The position numbers were made by a program, and so were the translations under genes. Positions 1-11,067 of a DNA stretch of 54,665 nucleotides are shown here, in pieces (the stretch's first letter is position 1; the number at the start of each line of letters is the position of its first letter). The DNA is from Phyllobates terribilis. Its lineage: Eukaryota. Below the pieces are notes generated by a model that was not told the DNA's origin, did no database searches, and saw nothing but the letters and a program-made list of their open reading frames with translations. The stretch is from contig NW_027367813.1 in assembly GCF_046119375.1 (NCBI RefSeq), positions 1 through 54,665 of the forward strand, read 5' to 3'.

Positions 1-388
1 CCTGGCATGAATACTCTACACATTGGTGCAACATAAGCCACCTAGGCAGATTCCCTTCACTTTATTTCTTCATCGTTGAAGAACTGGATACACTAGCCGG
101 CAGTGACTCTCTTCGTTTCTATGCTAGTCAATTGCCTTCAACTCTTCTTCGCATCTTCACTTCAGAATTGTGATGCTTCAACTTAGATTTGATTGAGACT
201 GCCTTTGCAATACCTTCTATCTTCACAAGGCTCAAAGCTAGTCTCTAGCTTGTTCGCTTGGTCAAAGTGACTCTCTTTGCTTCTTAAGGTACTCTTGTAA
301 AGCTTAGAAAACATAAGATAGATCAAATGTAGTATTTATCATCATCAAAACAAAAGGAGCGATTAGTCTGAGCAAGCTGAAACTAACA
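1..388 (-). repeat. 3' LTR of element A' (partial)
   Basis: Matches ~4380-4721, ~18060-18452 and ~23050-23441; ends ...gagcaagctgaaactaaca directly beside the PPT. Confidence 0.85.
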
Positions 389-415
389 ATTTCCCCCTTT
401 TTGATGATGACAAAC
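389..415 (-). promoter_or_regulatory. Polypurine tract plus Sirevirus junction inverted-repeat arm (A')
   Basis: Plus strand atttcccccttttt (minus AAAAAGGGGGAAAT) followed by gatgatgacaaac, complementary to atcatcatcaaaa inside the LTR (~338-350). Confidence 0.85.
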
Positions 416-2264
416 ACTTAAACAGTGTAAGCACATCTATTTCAAAACGTACTCAATTAAGCTATAAGATATACAATGAACCTTAAACTGATACTTGATA
501 GATTGACCAAATCTGCTTAATATCTTGCTAAATGCACTTAGCAAGTGTACCTTTATTCCCTCTTAGACCAATCTGGTCTAAATTCTACCCAATTTCGACA
601 ACGGAAAGATTATTTACCTCAATCCTTCACCTGCCCAAACCGTTTTTCTTCCCCTTTTGTCATCATCGAAAAGGCATATATAATTCATCAAAGGGAACTA
701 AAAGTAAGGTATGCAATCATGCTTAACTCAGATAACAAGCATAATCATGTAAAGAGTGTGTAAGCGAGACAGTAACCATGAAGCACTAAAGTTACTAAAA
801 TCAATCTAAGGCATACCGTAAATAAGTATATTATTCCTCATGCCTTTTGTAGCTGGAACCCTAGAGAGTCTATCACATAGTCACGCAAAGAGAATTTAGA
901 AAGAAAGTGGGAGTATCAAATCAAATCACCTTCGTCTCAGTATGTTCACCAGCTTTTACTAATAGACTTGATTTCTTCTTGGTGTGGCTTCGCTTGTCTT
1001 AGTGCCAAATGATTAAGAGTGGCTTAGCATTGGTCTCAAGCTAATATACTTGAAGCGAGACTGGACAAGATATGGTTGTAATGTGTAGACTTCATACTTC
1101 ACCTCACCTGATTAGCACTTGATTTAGATAGGTGTGCTGGGCTTCGAGGCAGTCATTCTTCACTCGCTTTAACGATTGGCCCTTAGTTACTTATAGTGAG
1201 AGAAGTTCGATCATGCTTGAGATGAGATACGGTTGCTTAATCATGAACATCAAAGCGCAACAATGAGGGGATATAATGCACATATATGGGGGTCACTCAC
1301 ACTCAAATATAGCATGTAGATACTGTCTTTTTATCACAATAATGGATACTTCATGTGTGGAGATATATCAAGGGAATCGGGAAGCAAGCATTAGAGTCAG
1401 GCTTGGGGAGACTTAGAAGTTGATCATTTCTTAGGCATATAATAGGTAAAAAGACGATCACCACTTTCATGAGAGGTAAAGAAGAGCATGCAATGATATA
1501 GAAGATAGGAACATGTTTACATCAATATACTGATTAAGCTAGTCATTTCTCATTTAGATATAGCAGGTTAACAAGAAAAGATCATGAAAGCGCACCTCAT
1601 CCTAAGTTCCCAAAGATAAAATAAAATACTTAATCATAGCCAGTATGAAGGAACTTATAACGAATGGATGAATGGTCTAATTGATAGGAATTAAGCCCAT
1701 CTGAAGCCTTAGATTAATAAAGGTACCCTGTTTAGTGCTTTAGAAGAGATGTCATCGATTTGAATTTCTGTCGGTACATGAATAAGCTTCACCTTTATCA
1801 AAAAAATCTCTCCAACATAGATAGACAAGTTGTTGGATATAGTTCAGTGAGCATGAGTAAAGAGTCGCTTGAGACTCTTAGAGACTCTCTTTGAACTAAC
1901 TGAGTCTCGCTCTGGAATAATATATGTAGTTGCACCACTGAATGAGACATGCTTTTGAGTAAAGAGACATTAAATCTCCAAAGAAAAAGGTATACCTCCT
2001 GTAAAATAAGACTTAAGGAGAAGTATATTAGATTTTTGCTCATACTTGATCTATTCAGTTCAGCTCTGAAGGAGATAGAGATCTCCTCCTTGTAGTTTGG
2101 AATTTAAAAAGGTTGATGTAGACCTTGTATGTAGTGATCTTTCGCTCAAACTACATGGCTATTACATAGTGATCTTTTGCTCGAACTATGTATATACAAG
2201 CTGCAATGATCTTTCGCTCAAACCGCATCTGTTCATTAAGCACCAAGTCTTCATTCCAAACCTG

Positions 2265-3500
2265 CAAATATAAGATGAAACTTTGGAGATCCAACAAAGT
2301 GTTGGCTTTGTAAGGTTGTTAGCACCAGCAACTCCAAAACTGGAAGGTAGAACCCTCATCTTCACAGTTTTGGAGTCTTCCTCATAGTAACTTTCATCAT
2401 TAAGATCAAGCACCTTGTTACCTTTAAAAAGAGGCTTCCGTTGTGCTTTGGCTTGTCCGTGCTCGACTTTTGAGGGCATATTACGTACCTATCGAGTCTT
2501 AGAAGACTCGCTTTGGTCAGGCTTATGTGTAGCAACACTCGCTTGACCAAGTTGACCCTTAGATTTAGTCTTAATAGACTTATAGGGCCTTTGTTTAAGC
2601 GTTTGTAAACGCTCACACTCATGCTTTGAGTGACCATTATTCCCACAAAAAGTGCAATAGCGGTTATATCGAATATAACCATATTTGCCTTTTCCAGGGA
2701 GAAATGGTTCTCGTCATGTAAGAGGTTGAGTGTTAGGAGAAGAGCGCACTTATTTGATATACATGGAATCCGTTTTTTCTTCGTGGTACCATTGTTTGTC
2801 CTGAGCTTGTCTCTTCTCTAGAACATTCACTTTGCCTTTTAAATGTGAGTTTTCAGCACGGCAAGAGTGAAGTTCCTTGTCTAGCTTAGTGATTTTATCA
2901 TGTAGCTCGCTAGATAGAGAAGTGCCTGAGTTGGACGAATCATGATTGTTGTAGCTTAACCCCGATCTAGCTTTCACAAAAATTATTTGGTTAATAGTTT
3001 TGTCTTCCACAGACGCGGCTAGATTATCTAGCTTGGTTAAGACTTCATCAATCATGATCATAATAGATGAGTTATTGCTTTGGACAGACACTAAGCCATT
3101 TCCATTACAAAAATCACAAGATTTAGTAAGAAGTGCAGGCTTTATAGACAATCGGTTATTTAACTCCTCTATTTGATCTCTTAAATCACAAAGTTCTTCC
3201 TGTTGGGATTCCTCCTTAGCACGAACAACTTCATGATCCAAGGCCAACTCACGTAAGAGCTCAACAAGGGTGTTTTTAGGAAAAAGATCAAAGCCTAGAG
3301 AAACTGAGTCTTCAGCTTCAGAGTCATCGACAGTGATTAGACAAGTGTCTTGAAATTTAGTCTCATTATCCGAGTCTTCCCATAAGATCTTCTTAGGCTA
3401 CTCCTTCTCGCAATCCTCGGTTAGATGTCCATGATAGAGACAATTAAAGCACACCAAGTCCGAGCTTGAGCGAGAGTTTGAATCTGAAGATAGAACACCA
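2265..3500 (-). pseudogene. gag: gag C-terminal half remnant of A'
   Basis: Manual translation gives CFNCLYHGHLTEDC (~3410-3455) then W-EDSD, the coiled-coil ORF 2750-3247, a second knuckle CTFCGNNGHSKHEC (~2615-2655) and an end LCWISKV; interrupted by stops and frameshifts. Confidence 0.75.
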
Positions 3501-4721
3501 TAGTAAGCGTTTATAGAGTAGCTTTGAATTGACTACTCTTAGAGAAGAGTAGCTCGATTGACTAGCTTCAGTATTTAAGATATGCGGAAGTTAAAAACAC
3601 TTTTAATTGAGTCATTTTCCCTCAAGTAAGCACAACATGCTAGAAAGCGAGTATGCTATAGATGTAGAATAGAGAGGGAAAGCCACAATATGAATCTTAA
3701 ATGGTTAAATGAAAGATTCAGCTCAATATGCACAAAGAGACTTGCATGGTGAGAACACTTGGCAATAATACATGCTCAGGATGAAACTCACCAATATATT
3801 GAATACAATGAACAAATGATTACAAGGCCTTATAACTCTCCACTCACTACACTCGCGTTCAGCTCACTTACAATGTTTATCGCTCTCAAGTTGTATGACG
3901 ACACTCGCTCCCTCAGAGATCACCAACCAGCCCCAAATACTCAACCTTACTAACCTCCCAACTTTTAGTCTTGTTGCATCCCTCCAAGACACTCAACGTA
4001 CTAACTCCGAGGCTTTCCTTATCCTGTTGTGTTTGTGCTAGCTAGACTTTCTCTCCCTCTCGAGGTTTCCCAAGCTCGTGCAAATGCATACAACTATTTA
4101 TAGAAATCATAAACTTATTCCCCAAGTTAGAAAACTCTATACAATATTGTAATAAAGGAGATTGCCACCTTAGCAATCCGTGTGACTACTCTCCCAGGCA
4201 GCTCCTCCACAGATTCTCCTTTTTTTAGCAACAAACTTTGCCACGTTGGTGATCCGCCCCACACCACTCCGCTTCAACTCGTCCACGCTGGCGATCCATG
4301 CTCATCACTCTCCATAGGTAGAAACACATTTCCTTATCCTGAGCTTCACGCCATTCTCATCATCTGGCACGAATACTCTACACGTTGATGCATCATAAGC
4401 CACCTGGGAAGATTCCCTTCACTTCGTTTCTTCATCGTTGAAGCACTGGATACACTAGTCGGCAGCGACTCTCTTCGTTTATGCACAGTCCATTGCCTTC
4501 AACTCTTCTTCACATCTTCACTTCAGAATTGTGATTCTTCAAATATCTTCTATCTTTGCAAGGCTCAAAGCTAGTCTCTAGCTTGTTTTCTTGGTCAAAG
4601 CGACTCTCTTGGCTTCTTAAGCTACTCTTGTAAAGCTCAGAAAACACAAGATAGATTAAATGTAGTGTTTATCATCATCAAAACAAAATGAGTGATTAGT
4701 CTAAGCAAGATCAAACTAACA
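3501..4721 (-). repeat. 5' LTR of A', truncated on its inner side
   Basis: Aligns with the A LTR from ~22150 onward; TATA-like ctatttatag at ~4094. No PBS or gag N-terminus; the LTR is fused directly to the gag knuckle region. Confidence 0.75.
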
Positions 4722-5795
4722 GTGTATAATCTCTAAGTTACTCAAGTAGCTATATGAAGCTATTGAGCTTAAGTGCAGTATTGAGATTAACTACAATTAA
4801 GCGCAAGTAACACAATGTAAGCGCGCTTATATCTTTCACAAGAATTACTCAAGGTGAGAACCCTAGATCTCTAAAAGATCTGGGATAAAACTCACCACTA
4901 GCTTGTATTAGAAAAAGATCGATTACACACTCAAGATTGAGACAAACACTTTTAAGCTACACTTGGCTTCTCTCTAGTGTTTACTCCAAGCCTCTGGTGT
5001 AACACTCTCTCAAATACAAGTTTCTCTATTATCGCATACAAGTAATTCTCTCTCAAGCTTTCTAAGTGACTTCGGCTATAGCTTTGAATGATGCGTTTAA
5101 ATCTCGTGCCTAACAATCACCTAATGCATGCTATTTATAGAATTCTAACTAGAACTTCTATACTTGTGTTGCACGAAAATACTCCACCTCAGCAATCCGC
5201 ATGATCAATCTCTAAGAGAATTGCATCGACGCCCGACATTGCTTTGTGTTTCTTTGGCTTGATGATCCCGCTCCCACGTTGGCAATCTGCTTGCTTCTCC
5301 TGATTTGTTTAGCTCGGTGATCCATGGCTCCACGCTCCATTGGAAAATTCTTCTCGCAACCTCGTCGCACTCCATTATTCCAATTCTCGCTTCCATCCTT
5401 CCTTCGCATGGACCAAATCTTCTAAGCACGTCTCCAGAATTCCACCCGTGTAACGATGGATCAATTACTTGCATTTCTCTTTATCTCTTAACCTGAAGCG
5501 CGATCCTCTCGCTTAAAGCACAACCTCGCTGGCCTAAAGCGCAATCCTCTCGCTTCTTATTTCTTCACGCCTAAACTTATTCAGTCATAGCGAGAATCAG
5601 CTTTCCCTGCTAGACTCAAAGCTAGACCCTAGAAGGTCTAAGCTAGTCCTATTGTGTTAAAGTGCAATCCTAAACTCTTTGAGCATGACCTGGTTAGCTT
5701 AAAACACATAAAGAACATTAAACACTTAAGTTTGTTATCATCAAAACAAACGGAAGGGTTTATCTAGATCATTCCAGATCTAGCTCAAACCAACA
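4722..5795 (-). mobile_element. LTR of a third Sirevirus-like family (C), solo or 5' LTR
   Basis: Same motif order as the A LTRs (ggtgagaaccct...aaactcaccact, ctatttatag, cacctcagcaatccg, ttatcatcaaaacaaa); ends ctcaaaccaaca at 5795 with no PPT next to it. Confidence 0.65.
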
Positions 5796-6730
5796 AAAAA
5801 CTCTACCTTTCATTCAAGTTGTTCCTATTTCTATTCGAAATTAACTAGAATCTCATTCAGAGAATTTTAATCCTATCTAACTTAGTTAACCATGAAGTAA
5901 TCAAGGATTCAAATTAATAGAGGCAATAAAAATAGAATATGCAGGATATTGTGGTAGCAAAAATCAACCCAATACCTAGCTCGTTCACAATTCAACTCTA
6001 GATCAACCTGACACTAGTATGACATGCTTGATTCAAAGAATAGGAATTCTCAGTGCGATACAAACTATCCTAGAAATATGATAAATAAAACCAAATCTTA
6101 GATGATCAACCTAGAATTTAATAAATAAAGGAATAATCAGTCAATCGAAGAGACAAGAAAACAACAATTTCATAGGTAGAAATTGAATTAACTCACACTA
6201 CTAAAACTTCAACTCTACTTTGCTAAGAAAAAATGGAATTAGTGTGACATACCAAAGTATGAAAAGTCAAGTTTTGGCATGGAGGCTATTGTAGAATAAT
6301 AATTCTAAACTTCTTCTAATTAGGTTAAAAGACCTAATACACGTAAATCTCCAAACTAAACTTAATATAATCATAAATAAACAAAGGGTCTAAAATGAGG
6401 AAAACCAAAACAATAATATAAATCTCGAAAAAAAAGAAGTGAAAAGTCTTCTCGGTTGGCTAGTCCGCGAACAGCGGCCGCGACTAGGATAGAGGGGGTC
6501 GTCGTTAATTGAAACAGGTTTTCTTCAATCGGACTCAAACGACGGTTGAGGGTGCATGAAATTGGTCTTCATTCTTCTTCTTCAACACTCTATAGATCTC
6601 CATTAACTCCAAAATATCAAATAAAAGGCCAGAATACAATATGAACCAAATATGCACTAATGTAGCTCAAATCAACTATAAAAATATGCTAAAATTATGC
6701 CTATTATACACGTTATAAGTGCGTATATCA
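5796..6730 (-). mobile_element. Probable Ty3/gypsy Athila-like LTR fragment
   Basis: Minus strand begins TGATATACGCACTTATAACGTGTATAATAGGCATAATTTTAGCATATTTT, which resembles Athila-type LTR starts from recall; AT-rich body with one short GC-rich island (~6450-6500). No coding remnant supports it. Confidence 0.5.
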
Positions 6731-7297
6731 TAGGAGTGAGTAATTCATCTTATTGATATCTATAACGTTCTTTCAAATTCTCCCACAATTTCAAATGATT
6801 CCCCGTAAATAGGCACTCTACCTCAGATTGTCATGTATGTTGTGGTGCATAAATACAATAGATTTTGATATTGTTATGGTATGGTATCATTATTTGTCAC
6901 TATGGTATCCACTAGACCATGTACGTTGAGGTAAAGATAGAACATGAAACCTCCAATCTAGGTATCTTTGACCAACCAAATCAAGGATCTCATCTTATCT
7001 TTATGTAACTTTTATCGTTTTTTGCTTGATATTTTGATACGAAGTTAATTATTAGAGACTCCTCATGCTCATAAATATTTTAGACAATATTCCTTAAATC
7101 TGTTATAAGAGATAACACTTTAATAACTTTTGGTATTGAAATAAAGGAACAGAGATCAAAAACTTTAGAGTTATATTCCTTTTTCAAAGAAGAGTAAATT
7201 TCATTGAAAAGTATGGGGTACATTAGGCATATGCCTATGGGTTTATAGACGAGTGAGGATCGAGTATGATAAAGCGAGTGTAACTAGATATGATAAT

Positions 7298-8091
7298 TGT
7301 GGGTCGTGAAGATCTTAGTCTAACTAAAGATTGAACTTTTATGCGGAAATACAAGACTAAGAACAAACAAACAATTTAATTCCAAAACGTTGTTGATTTG
7401 ATTTCTTGTGAGACTTACAACTACTAGGCGAACATACAGTTCTTAGTTTCTCTAAACTCTCCTAGCTATTGCCTAAGCTCTAAATCAAGATGAACTCTTT
7501 CTCTCTAGTTCGACAAACCCCTGGTTTAAAGATAAATGAACTAAGTTATTTATACTATGGCATAATCACCGGGAACTAATTACCTAAAAGCAAGTAAATA
7601 ATATTAAATAAACTACTAAATTTAAACTAGCCGAATATAATGACAAACTAGCTTCAACTGTTAAGATCTCGAATCTGGTAAATCTCTGGCAAATCAAATC
7701 TTTCCTTCTTTAGCTCTTTGGAAGATTTCTTTCCATATACGCGCTCGGTCCCCTTGAGTGTCTTCGGTCCCATTGAGGCATCCTCCTTGTGTAGCGTGTT
7801 ACTTGTGCAGCTCGATCCTTCACTCTTATTGTTCGGTCCCCTCCAGCGACACTCGGTTCCCTTGCTCCTAGTTAAGCGCCTTGAGCGCTATTCTTCTCGA
7901 TGGACTCGCTCTTGTATCCCCACTTGATCTCGTTGTTTTCCACATGTAAACCTCCTAAGTAACTCAAAGGCCTATCGGTTTCCTGCGATATCTCACTCAA
8001 TACACATATTAGTTCATAAGGCAGTTTGTTATCATTAAAACTGAAGCATTATCAGTTACAAGAACTAAGGAGCTAGTTCATATAACTAACC
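7298..8091 (-). repeat. 3' LTR of element B
   Basis: ~794 bp, colinear with 16282-17077 and with the reverse complement of 24483-25261; carries repeated (c/t)tcggtcccc motifs at 7744, 7763, 7832, 7852. Confidence 0.92.
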
Positions 8092-8276
8092 ATTTTCCCC
8101 TATTTAATGATAACAAACTTAGAATCCTGGCATAGGCATACTATAGAGCTGAGAAAAGAAGTAGCTTTCAATTTCCCCTTAATCAATGAACAAGTAATAC
8201 GCATCGCCATTTAACTTTCATATGTTCTAGTTCCCCTAAATTAAATAACTCATATGCCAGTAATATTCCCCCTTTT
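8092..8276 (-). promoter_or_regulatory. Cluster of multiple polypurine tracts (element B)
   Basis: attttcccctattt (~8092), atttcccctt (~8171), ttcccctaaa (~8231), attcccccttttg (~8265). Multiple PPTs are an established Sirevirus hallmark. Confidence 0.8.
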
Positions 8277-8556
8277 GACATCATTTAAAAAGGAATGCAC
8301 AATATGAATCAATGGAAAGTAAGAGTAGCACGTGCATGCCTTCAGAGGAATGAATAAGTGATACAAAAGAAAACACAATGAGTCTAGCCCTAGCTCAGTA
8401 CGCACTAGAGCAAGCAGATAAGTGAATCAAAGCAAGCATTTCATTGGTAAATATGTAGAAGCACACACAAAAATAGTAAAAAAAGAGCAAAAAGACAAGA
8501 ATTTTTAGAGGAGTTGTTGGATTTCTAAGGAGCCCTAAGGAGAACTGAGACAACAG

Positions 8557-10145
8557 CTACTCCCAGTGATAGTCATCCTCGTAAGCATCTTTGCATCCCT
8601 CTTTCAGAGGCCCTATCATGAGCGCCATCATGTGATTAAGGTGTCAATCGATCATTCTCCTGAGCCCTGACAGATGCCGATTAGTCTGAAGTACAACTTC
8701 CAAGGTGTGAAGCTGAATTTCCTCTTAGCTCATATTCGGCGGCAGCAGCGGCTTGGGCTCCTTCGAAGGGATCTTGATACAGCGAGTTCTGGGTTCAGAT
8801 TTAGGAGGGGCTGAGATTTTTGGCTTGGGTTTGGGCTCGGGATGGAGAGTGGATCCAAGAATCAGCTTCTCTATTGCACATCCATACTGGCGTGTTTGAG
8901 CAGCATGCGCAGCCCAGTCTCGGTGATGATGCTCTCACAGGGCGTCTCTTTGACCAGCATGTAGATCCCCAGCTCGAGCATGAGCTTCTTTACGATGTGG
9001 GGATAGGGAAGCGCGTGATTCTTGTGCATCTTCACCATCATCATATGAGAGAGAATGAGGCACGGCGTGTCTATGATACTGCCTTCAATGACTTCACGCA
9101 GCAGGCAGGCATCCGTGATCGTTACTGTGTCGCGCTTCTCTTGTCGGGGAATGACGTTGCGCAGCATGATGTAGTGAATGAGCTTTGTTTCGAAGCTCAG
9201 CATGTGCGTCTTCATCTCTTTGGACGCGCCTTCCCCACTAGTAGATCCAAGGCCTCGATCTTACCTGAGGGCCAGTTCTTCTTGGGTAGAGATGGCATAC
9301 CCTTCGCTCGTCGGTAGTTCGAGCACCTTCGCTAGGAGCTTGATGTTTAGCGTCTTCGGCTCGTCTCCCATGGAATGTGAGCGACGGAATATAGCTGTCC
9401 TGGAGAGGAGGTCATCACTACTAACTCGTTGTAGAATTTGCACACTTCCTCATAGTCGACCGCGAAGGACTCGACCTCTAGATCTGACTAGCGAGTACAC
9501 TCGAGAGAGGCGACTGTGGTAGTGACCTCGAATTCGGCAGGGCTGAGGCTGGACCAGAACCCTTGTCCAATGATGAGGGGCTTGATGACGATGCGGGTAG
9601 AGAAGTTCTCGTGGACAAGCAGTAGGCAGAGGGACTCGTCGCTTTCAGGTGTTGCGATTGTCTTTTGGCACTTTTGGGTGGTGGAGGAAGGAGTGATGGC
9701 GAGGGTTCTTTTGTAGGATGAATGAGGCGGTGGAGAAGAAGGTGTGGTGAGGGCGAGAGTAGTGGAGGCGATGGCAAGATTCTGGTGGGTGGACTCGTCA
9801 TGCAAGGGAGGCGGTTGGGGTGTGTTCAGTGGAGTCGGTTGAAGAGGTCTTGTGTTCGGTGAAGGAGATAGGGTGAATTGGTGCTGGGTTTGGCTGGTCT
9901 TCCTCCATAGGAGCTGGAGATGTGGAGTGAGCGGAAAGTGGGGGATGTGGTGAGGATGAGGGTTAAGGACTAGGAACCTTTTCTGGTATAGGAGAGAGGG
10001 GCTTTTGAGGTGTTGGATTGGTGGAGACTGGCGCAGATGAGGTGGATGGGGGAACGGAAGTGGCGGCGGCTGAGCTTTCCATGAAAGCTTGAAATTTCAG
10101 GAATGCGTCCCATTTTTCTGGATCAATGTTCATGGGGTTGGCCAT
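8557..10145 (-). pseudogene. env-like extra ORF of element B, disrupted
   Basis: Starts MANPMNIDPEKWDAFLKF, then a Pro/Ser/Thr-rich tract, then FETKLIHYIMLRNVIPRQ...DACLL...IDTPCLILSHM...HALPYPHIVKKLM, typical of the plant-transposon extra-ORF domain, and a helical C-terminus ending at TAG 8557. Several stops and frameshifts. Confidence 0.75.
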
Positions 10146-11067
10146 TTTAGTGTTTGAGAAACCATATGAGAGAGAGAGATGACGAGTAAGGTGTGAGAGA
10201 TGAGTGCTTGGGAGAGAGAGAGGGCTTAAGTAGAGAGTGAATAGTTGTGAAGGCGGTGAAGGGGAACTGAATCGGGTCTGAGAGGCTATTTATGGAGGAC
10301 AGTGAACGGTCGAATCATAATGGTCTGATTTCAAATCTGGAACCGTGCCTCATTTATCATAGAAGCAAGTGGCCTAGAAGATAGTCGACTGTTGAGATGC
10401 TCGGTCCCTAAAATTTTGTCGGTCCCTATACTCAGTTCCTAAATTGATCTGCGCTTCACTCTATTTTGGGTTACTCGGTCCCCAAGGACGTGTTGTTTCA
10501 AAATATGTGCTTGTTATCTCTTATACTTACTCGGTCCCCATACACTGATGCGTTGTGTCTCAGTTCCCATTCTCAGTAGGATAATTCAACTCGCTCAAGC
10601 ACGTAATAATCTCACACACACAAAGGGACATAAAATCTCTTTTAAAAACAATAAGTGCTAAGCATATATGGGTAAGCCTTTTTGACATCTCAATGAATAT
10701 TCTTTGTTGTGGATTATATGGTCATAGGGAACGTAACATTAAGATCAAGGTTAAGGGACTGGCTTATAAGCACGAATCATATCTGGGGGGCTTGATTATA
10801 AGGTTAAGAGGCGATCATCGTGCATATATATAAGGGCTTAAAAAATAATAGCATGAATATGGATCAAGTTTTAGCAAGCAATAGTGCAATCCTAGAGATG
10901 GCCTAACTAAGCATTTATCATTTAGCATCACATAGAGCATGCGAATGACAAATACCCCTAAGAGAATAGGCTAGGTTCGCGCACATATTAGTCCTAAGTT
11001 CCCAAGATTAAAAGGAGCACTGAATTTACACAAGATCAAGGGAAGAGGCTTACGTGGAAGGAGATGC

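Larger units (their letters stand above)
1..4721 (-). mobile_element. Element A': internally deleted, non-autonomous Sirevirus-type Ty1/copia LTR retrotransposon (runs off the left edge)
   Basis: Two homologous LTR ends finishing in ...aactaaca at 388 and 4721 (TG start on minus strand). PPT at 389-402. Internal region has gag C-half remnants with two CX2CX4HX4C knuckles and an RNase H tail remnant (~1735-1805). LTR and 3' non-coding region align by eye with element A. Confidence 0.85.

Noticed and set aside
8820-9801. Plus-strand or alternate-frame ORFs over the env-like ORF
   Set aside because: Shadow ORFs of a GC-richer coding region; the domain-like signal is in specific minus-strand frames.
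8557-10145. Extra ORF as evidence of an infectious retrovirus envelope
   Set aside because: No signal peptide or clear transmembrane segment seen; env-like ORFs are common in Sireviruses and their function is unproven.
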